The notes below the pieces were generated by a model. That model was not told the DNA's origin. It ran no database searches and saw only the letters and a program-made list of their open reading frames with translations. The translations under genes and the position numbers were made by a program. From a virus, in IMG/VR virus record IMGVR_UViG_3300032291_001296, positions 39,354-103,353 of that record: a stretch of 64,000 nt of DNA. One strand, 5' to 3'. Below, in pieces: positions 59,156 to 64,000 of the stretch (the first letter of the stretch is position 1; each line of letters starts with the position of its first letter).

Positions 59156-59323
59156 ATGATACCATACATCATTCTTTCATACCTACTAACAGCAGGTATG
59201 TTAATCGAGTCTTATGCAAAAAAGAGTGTTCCATTAGAAGCTTGGTTTGTTTGGGCTCTTAGTCCAATTACATGTCCAATCATTATTGGAATGTCAATCA
59301 GTGAGAAATCTAACAAACAATAA
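59156..59323 (+). CDS. Small membrane protein, 55 aa
   Basis: MIPYIILSYLLTAGMLIESYAKKSVPLEAWFVWALSPITCPIIIGMSISEKSNKQ*. Confidence 0.6.
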   Translation: MIPYIILSYLLTAGMLIESYAKKSVPLEAWFVWALSPITCPIIIGMSISEKSNKQ

Positions 59324-59327
59324 AGCT

Positions 59328-59567
59328 ATGAAAAAACCAGAACAAGATTTAATCTACAAGGTAGAGCTATTAGAAGGACTAATAGAAAGACAACAAGGCT
59401 TAATAGAAACATCTAATCGAATCATTGATATGAAGACTCGATTAGTTGAGCTATGTGAAGAAGAAACAGCAATATACAGAAGAGAGAACGCAACACTCAA
59501 AGTGATGTGTGTTGGAGCTTTCATCACTGTTATTGCAATGTGCATTGTAACATTATTCTGTAATTGA
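59328..59567 (+). CDS. Coiled-coil protein with C-terminal membrane anchor
   Basis: Probable start MKKPEQDL at 59328; the track start of 59247 overlaps the upstream ORF. Confidence 0.65.
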   Translation: MKKPEQDLIYKVELLEGLIERQQGLIETSNRIIDMKTRLVELCEEETAIYRRENATLKVMCVGAFITVIAMCIVTLFCN

Positions 59568-59568
59568 T

Positions 59569-59724
59569 ATGAGACGTAGAATATACAAAGGTACATTGGT
59601 AGCATCAACTAATCCTCTTAGAAAAATACAAGCTAGGAGGTTAGTTGTTGAAGTGTTATATAATTTCAGATATGGAATTATAAAAGAAACAACAAAAGGT
59701 TCAAGACAAACAATAGAACAATAA
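59569..59724 (+). CDS. Small basic protein, 51 aa
   Basis: MRRRIYKGTLVASTNPLRKIQARRLVVEVLYNFRYGIIKETTKGSRQTIEQ*. Confidence 0.55.
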   Translation: MRRRIYKGTLVASTNPLRKIQARRLVVEVLYNFRYGIIKETTKGSRQTIEQ

Positions 59725-59742
59725 TCCTTAATAACAGAAAAA

Positions 59743-60219
59743 ATGAGTACAACAACGACAGGTGGTATATTCACCTTTGACCATGGTCAGAAAAAACTAC
59801 ATCATGCAATTGGTGTGAATGAAGAATACATGGATGATCTTCATGATCAAATTAAAGAAACACTAAAAGACTTTGTGTTTGATAGTGATAGAGAAGTGAG
59901 AGATGATATGTCACCAAGTAGATTGGTAGAGATATGTGCTACAGAATTTAGCTATTCTCAATTAGTATTGATGTCATCATTCTTCTTACAAGACAAACTT
60001 GATGGTTTTGCTGAAAAGATAGAGAAAGCTAGTTCTAAAATGGGAGGAATAGCATTAGATAGTGATGATATTCCTGAAGATATCAAAGAAATGCTTGATA
60101 AACTAGCTCAAGAAAAAGGTGAAGGTAATCCAATTGATAGTGATGAAGTAGCACCTGAACTTAGAGATTTCTTAATAAAATTGATTAAACGTCAATTGGA
60201 TGAAGAAAACGAAGATTAA
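59743..60219 (+). CDS. Acidic hypothetical protein, 158 aa
   Basis: ORF track; preceded by the motif. Confidence 0.75.
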   Translation: MSTTTTGGIFTFDHGQKKLHHAIGVNEEYMDDLHDQIKETLKDFVFDSDREVRDDMSPSRLVEICATEFSYSQLVLMSSFFLQDKLDGFAEKIEKASSKMGGIALDSDDIPEDIKEMLDKLAQEKGEGNPIDSDEVAPELRDFLIKLIKRQLDEENED

Positions 60220-60226
60220 ATCAATA

Positions 60227-60251
60227 GGAGAGCTGTAATGGCTCTCCTTTT
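60227..60251 (+). terminator. Rho-independent terminator-like hairpin
   Basis: AGGAGAGCT-GTAAT-GGCTCTCCT followed by TTT. Confidence 0.6.
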
Positions 60252-60262
60252 ATATCAAAGCT

Positions 60263-61570
60263 ATGGGTAAATACAGATTTAAAACAGAAGAAGAGTTTAA
60301 GAGTGATGATCTTTGGAATTATGAATACAATTGTCCAAAAGGTTGGAATGATTTAGGTAGAATGAATCATTTCTTTGGTCAAGATGTTCCTGATCAACAT
60401 GACGAAACAATTGATAAAGGTCATGGATTTATATTCGAAGGTTGGACAATCGCTGCTTGTGAATGTACAATCAAAGAAGAAGAACCAATAGATCTCTTAA
60501 ACGTATTAGAGCACATTAATAAAAATTCCTTAATAACAAAAAAGAAAACAATGAGAAAAGAAGCAAAGATTACAGTGGAAAACACAACACAGAAGTTCGT
60601 ATTCATGGACAAAACTATCAACATCCTAAATGTAGGACTTGCAACAAGCAAGAATGTTGTATTATATGGTCCAGGTGGGCATGGTAAATCAGAGATCACA
60701 TTAGATTTCTTAAAATCAAGAGGTATAGATCCTTACATCATTACAATGGGTACAGGTATGACTACAGACAGATTGTTTGGTGGTCTAGATATTCCTACAT
60801 TTGAGAAGACAGGTAAGATTGAATACCTAGTAGATAATTCATTCATGAATCATGAGTATGTTATCTTCGAGGAGTTGTTTGATGCACCAGATTTCATATT
60901 AGAGCAACTAAAAGATATTTTATCTAGTGGTACATTCAGAAATGGTACACAGATATATGATATCAAAACCAAGTTTATTGTGTGTTGTACTAACAGAACT
61001 CGTGATGAATTCTCTAAGAATATGTCATTGAAAGCATTAATGGAGAGATTCCCTCTTGAGCTTAATGTAATATGGGACAATTACACAGAGATTACATACA
61101 ACAAATTGTTAGAATCTAAGTTTGGTGAAGATAATGTGGATCCAGTGATTCCATACTTATTACAAGAGTATGCTAAGAATGGAGTGACCATTTCACCTCG
61201 TGTTGCTGTAACAGCATATCAAGTGTATGATGAATGTGGTCCTGATGCATTAGCATTCATTGCAGAGTTTGCAAAGAAACCATCATTAATTGCTGAAGCT
61301 ATCAAGAAATTTGAATCTACACTTAAGTTTAGAGATCTTGCAGCTAGTCTAACAGAATGTGTTAATATATTGAGCAGTCTTCCATTAGCTACAAGAGATG
61401 ATGAGAAGGTGTATAAAGCTCAAATGAAGAAACTTGAACACCAAATCAAAGACATCAAAGGATTAACTGTTAGCGATGATCTTGCTTCTACACATGCAGA
61501 GCTAATGAAAGGTGCTACACAGATGTTGGATAAAGCTAATAAAGAACTAACAATAGTTTCATTCTTATAA
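60263..61570 (+). CDS. MoxR/RavA-like AAA+ ATPase (possible second start at 60551)
   Basis: Walker A GPGGHGKS, Walker B VIFEELFD, sensor CCTNR, arginine finger ALMERF, ISPR. Confidence 0.9.
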   Translation: MGKYRFKTEEEFKSDDLWNYEYNCPKGWNDLGRMNHFFGQDVPDQHDETIDKGHGFIFEGWTIAACECTIKEEEPIDLLNVLEHINKNSLITKKKTMRKEAKITVENTTQKFVFMDKTINILNVGLATSKNVVLYGPGGHGKSEITLDFLKSRGIDPYIITMGTGMTTDRLFGGLDIPTFEKTGKIEYLVDNSFMNHEYVIFEELFDAPDFILEQLKDILSSGTFRNGTQIYDIKTKFIVCCTNRTRDEFSKNMSLKALMERFPLELNVIWDNYTEITYNKLLESKFGEDNVDPVIPYLLQEYAKNGVTISPRVAVTAYQVYDECGPDALAFIAEFAKKPSLIAEAIKKFESTLKFRDLAASLTECVNILSSLPLATRDDEKVYKAQMKKLEHQIKDIKGLTVSDDLASTHAELMKGATQMLDKANKELTIVSFL

Positions 61571-62958
61571 TGGCAAGTATATGGGGAGATGGGTATGATG
61601 ATTGGTATGGCGATTATTATACCCCAACCTATACTCCTAAGAAGAGTAAAGGTGGTTGGAAGAGTAAATATAGTGGTGGTTGGTCAAAGACTTGGTCATC
61701 ATTCTCATTTACTGCAGAGCTAGGTGATGACAACAGTGATTTGTTTGTTAAAGATCCTGTAAGCTACATTACACCAACAGCTAAAGAGATTAAGAAGAAG
61801 GTGACTGCTACAAAGCAAACATCTATTGATACAATCAAAGAATTAGCTCGTGTATGCTATCTAAAGATGATAGAGGATAAAGATTATATAGCAGAGAAAT
61901 TTGTTGATTATGACAATCTAGAAGAAGCTGAACAAAACACATACAATCAGAAGAAAGGATTGTATGATGATATATTTGATCAGTATATTCCTGGATTCAC
62001 ACCATTGGAACAAGCTATTTCTATCTATCTGAAGATAAGAACCACACTCACTGATGAATATGGTGATCCAATTGAGGATGATGAAGAAAAACTTGAAATG
62101 AAGAATCCATTGGATTTTGATAGAAAGATATATTCTGATCCTAACATCAATGAGCAACTAGAACTAAATGATCTAAGTAAGAATAGAAAGATGGAAATAC
62201 TAAATCATTTATCTCTTGTTGGTGCATTTGGATCTGAGTTCAAAGTGGAAAAAGAAATCTCTGAGAAGATTGTTAGTAACTCTGATGAGTATGCTAAGAT
62301 GATTATGAGAGATTATGCACAGTTTCACATGATTGATCTATATCAGAAGATGTTCCCTAACTTCGCAACAAAGTTCTTAACTAAAGATTTGACAGTAAAT
62401 GTACCTGTTGATAGAAAAGAACAAATCCAAAAGATCATCATCATTCTAGATTATTCTGGAAGTATGGATGACACTGAGAAACAAATTTGGGTCAATGCTA
62501 TATTAATAGACAGATTCAAATATGTTATGCAAGGTGAAGCTGAAGTGTTCTTTAGTTATTTTGTTGATGAAGTGGAAGATCTTAACTTCAGACACATTAA
62601 AGATAGAGAAGATGTAATAAACTTCTGGAGAACATTCTCTAATAGTCCAAATGGTGGTATGACAGAAGTAGGATTAATGGTTGAACATATTGCTAGTGAA
62701 ATAGCAATGGGAAAACTATGTAACTTACAGGTTGATCTTTCACAAGAGAAGCCAGAGATATTAGTCATCAATGATGGCCAAGATGAAATTGGTACAGAGC
62801 AATTCCCTTACAAAGTGAATGCTGTGTCACTAATGGAGTTTAGTAACGAACTTAAAGACCTTTGTAATGCTACAGGTGGTAAACAAATCGAAGTTGATTA
62901 CAATGGAGATGTGTATAGTCATTCTGCAGAGCTTGGTGCTCAGCTTATAAAGATTTAG
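61570..62958 (+). CDS. von Willebrand factor A domain protein, partner of the AAA+ ATPase, 462 aa
   Basis: MIDAS motif DYSGSM...GGMTE...INDGQD. Translationally coupled to the ATPase. Confidence 0.88.
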   Translation: MASIWGDGYDDWYGDYYTPTYTPKKSKGGWKSKYSGGWSKTWSSFSFTAELGDDNSDLFVKDPVSYITPTAKEIKKKVTATKQTSIDTIKELARVCYLKMIEDKDYIAEKFVDYDNLEEAEQNTYNQKKGLYDDIFDQYIPGFTPLEQAISIYLKIRTTLTDEYGDPIEDDEEKLEMKNPLDFDRKIYSDPNINEQLELNDLSKNRKMEILNHLSLVGAFGSEFKVEKEISEKIVSNSDEYAKMIMRDYAQFHMIDLYQKMFPNFATKFLTKDLTVNVPVDRKEQIQKIIIILDYSGSMDDTEKQIWVNAILIDRFKYVMQGEAEVFFSYFVDEVEDLNFRHIKDREDVINFWRTFSNSPNGGMTEVGLMVEHIASEIAMGKLCNLQVDLSQEKPEILVINDGQDEIGTEQFPYKVNAVSLMEFSNELKDLCNATGGKQIEVDYNGDVYSHSAELGAQLIKI

Positions 62959-62979
62959 GTTTAATTGTTTGTTTTATTT

Positions 62980-63031
62980 ATCCCTGTGAAGTATATTTGC
63001 AGGGATTTAGGTTAAACATTGAATACCTTTG
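62980..63031 (+). promoter_or_regulatory. Hairpin after the VWA gene with two TAnnTTTG -7 boxes upstream of the RNA cluster
   Basis: ATCCCTG..CAGGGAT stem (62980-63006); TATATTTG (62992-62999) and TACCTTTG (63024-63031). Confidence 0.45.
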
Positions 63032-63063
63032 TAAATTATGCTGAATTAAGCTCAATAGTAGTT

Positions 63064-63205
63064 TACATAAAGATACTATCAGTAATGGTAGATGTGTTGT
63101 TCCCTTGAGAAAGGAATATATCCCTGACGTAGGTATAACGGAAGGCTAAATACTGGAAACTATGAATTAGCAATATACACAACACAAATGAGTTCTCAGC
63201 AAGTA
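63064..63205 (+). ncRNA. Unassigned structured RNA with a probable pseudoknot
   Basis: CTATCA-GTAA-TGGTAG hairpin; TGTGTTGT (63093-63100) pairs with ACAACACA (63179-63186); loop TGAGAA (63106-63111) is complementary to TTCTCA (63193-63198). Confidence 0.5.
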
Positions 63206-63323
63206 GTTAAGAGGTATGAGTTTTCCAAGATTCAAGAATTAACTACGTGACCCTACTCTTGTCAATTAAGAAAAAGGGTGCTAAAATTGTTACATATTCT
63301 CTTGTATTTCTAGGAATACAGTT

Positions 63324-63397
63324 AGTCAGGTGGCGGAATTGGTAGACGCAATCTGTGTAGTGGGCTAAAGTTACAGGTTCGAATCCTGTTCTGACTA
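63324..63397 (+). tRNA. tRNA-like RNA (Leu-type D-arm) with a non-pairing anticodon arm
   Basis: Acceptor AGTCAGG/TCTGACT+A, D-arm GCGGAATTGGTAGACGC, T-arm ACAGG-TTCGAAT-CCTGT. The intervening 22 nt form no anticodon stem (nominal anticodon TAG). Confidence 0.7.
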
Positions 63398-63400
63398 CAA

Positions 63401-63480
63401 GGAGTTTCAATCTCAAGTGCTGGGTAGCTATGCTATCAGATGAGCCCATCAAAATTGATGACAGTTAGGAAAGACTAGCA
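63401..63480 (+). ncRNA. Small structured RNA between the tRNA-like element and tmRNA
   Basis: CTCA..GGTAGC-TAT-GCTATC..TGAG stem, CATCAA-AA-TTGATG palindrome, GTTAG-GAAAGA-CTAGC terminal hairpin. Confidence 0.45.
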
Positions 63481-63483
63481 ATT

Positions 63484-63831
63484 GGGGATGACATGGAATT
63501 GATTGAATATGTTATTCGTTAATGTTCAGCCAGAGAGATAACTGTAAACTAAGGTGAATTGATTAAATGGCAAAAACACAAGTCGTGTAGTGTCTCTAGG
63601 AGATAACGCACAAGTAGAAGCTAACATGAACAAAGTATTCTCTTTAATTAGAGAAGAAGTTGCTGTAGCAGCCTAAACATTCAAAGATTTCTCTGTTAGA
63701 TTAAACAGAGTGGTGGATTCGTTAAGCTAAGCTTGACCCCTTCTAGCGTAAAGAGTTTAAAGAAACGTGAAGCTGTATAAAACATTGATGATCAAGTATT
63801 TAAGACCTGAGTTCGAGTCTCAGCATCTCCA
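63484..63831 (+). ncRNA. ssrA: tmRNA
   Basis: GGGGATG/CATCTCC+A acceptor stem with G3:U70, 5' GGAATTGA loop, 3' GAC-CTGAG-TTCGAGT-CTCAG T-arm. Tag ORF 63569-63676 ends in VAVAA*. Confidence 0.92.
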
Positions 63832-63834
63832 CAA

Positions 63835-63924
63835 GATCTGAAGGTCATTGTAGCTAATGGCACCTAATTAAAGGGAGAACCCTCATTGTTTAGGAGATTG
63901 CAGGTGCAAATCCTGTTCAGATCA
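63835..63924 (+). tRNA. tRNA-like RNA with an expanded anticodon loop
   Basis: Acceptor GATCTGA/TCAGATC+A, 6-bp D stem GTCATT/AATGGC, CCTAA/TTAGG stem enclosing 22 nt with an internal AGGG-AGAA-CCCT hairpin, T-arm GCAGG-TGCAAAT-CCTGT. Confidence 0.65.
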
Positions 63925-63928
63925 CAAC

Positions 63929-63954
63929 AAAGCCTCTATTACAGAGGCTTTTTT
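63929..63954 (+). terminator. Rho-independent terminator closing the RNA cluster
   Basis: AAAGCCTCT-ATTAC-AGAGGCTTT followed by a T run. Confidence 0.85.
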
Positions 63955-63985
63955 ATTTTGTATTAATCCTTAATAATTATAAAAC

Positions 63986-64000
63986 ATGAAAACAATCACA
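63986..64000 (+). CDS. Start of the next gene (truncated)
   Basis: ATG AAA ACA ATC ACA, 19 nt after a TCCTTAATAA motif. Confidence 0.45.

Noticed and set aside
57179-63452. Minus-strand ORFs in the rightward region, for example 63243-63452
   Set aside because: They are antisense to plus-strand genes or RNA elements and lack coding-like composition.
63398-63483. Theta/HDV-like or hammerhead ribozyme after the tRNA-like element
   Set aside because: I could not build the nested P1-P2-P3 double pseudoknot or find a CUGAUGA...GAAA core, so it is kept only as an unassigned structured RNA.
1-64000. Stop-codon reassignment, as in some crAss-like phages
   Set aside because: Core genes (terL, portal, MCP, RNAP) are full length in the standard code, the muzzle breaks are TAA stops, and no suppressor tRNA is visible.

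Overview
AT-rich segment of a crAss-like (Crassvirales-type) phage genome, probably infecting a Bacteroidota host. It uses the standard genetic code and shows no obvious introns or inteins. Bases 1-56395 are one minus-strand virion/late module. In transcription order it holds RepL-like and HU/IHF-like genes, large terminase, portal, an acidic scaffold-like protein, major capsid protein, ring/collar proteins, a family of Cys-rich proteins with poly-Thr linkers, a metallophosphoesterase, a tail stabilization ('muzzle') gene apparently split into three ORFs, several virion cargo polyproteins, a 4430-aa virion RNA polymerase polyprotein (GSDFDIDK), and a further large protein with a RecB-like nuclease domain that runs off the left edge. 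Bacteroidota sigma-A-type promoters (TTTG-N19-21-TAnnTTTG/A) sit upstream of several of these units. After a divergent intergenic region (56396-56739) the plus strand carries small genes, many preceded by a TCCTTAATAA motif, then a MoxR-type AAA+/VWA pair and a dense RNA cluster. That cluster has a tmRNA with a 35-codon tag, two tRNA-shaped RNAs lacking a normal anticodon arm, and unassigned structured RNAs. The leading candidates for novelty are (i) a 1761-aa modular 'xxGG'-punctuated protein carrying pre-toxin-like motifs and a Pol-beta-type nucleotidyltransferase, (ii) the poly-Thr/Cys module system that also interrupts the muzzle gene, and (iii) the RNA cluster. Family assignments come from motifs and gene order only; no searches were run.
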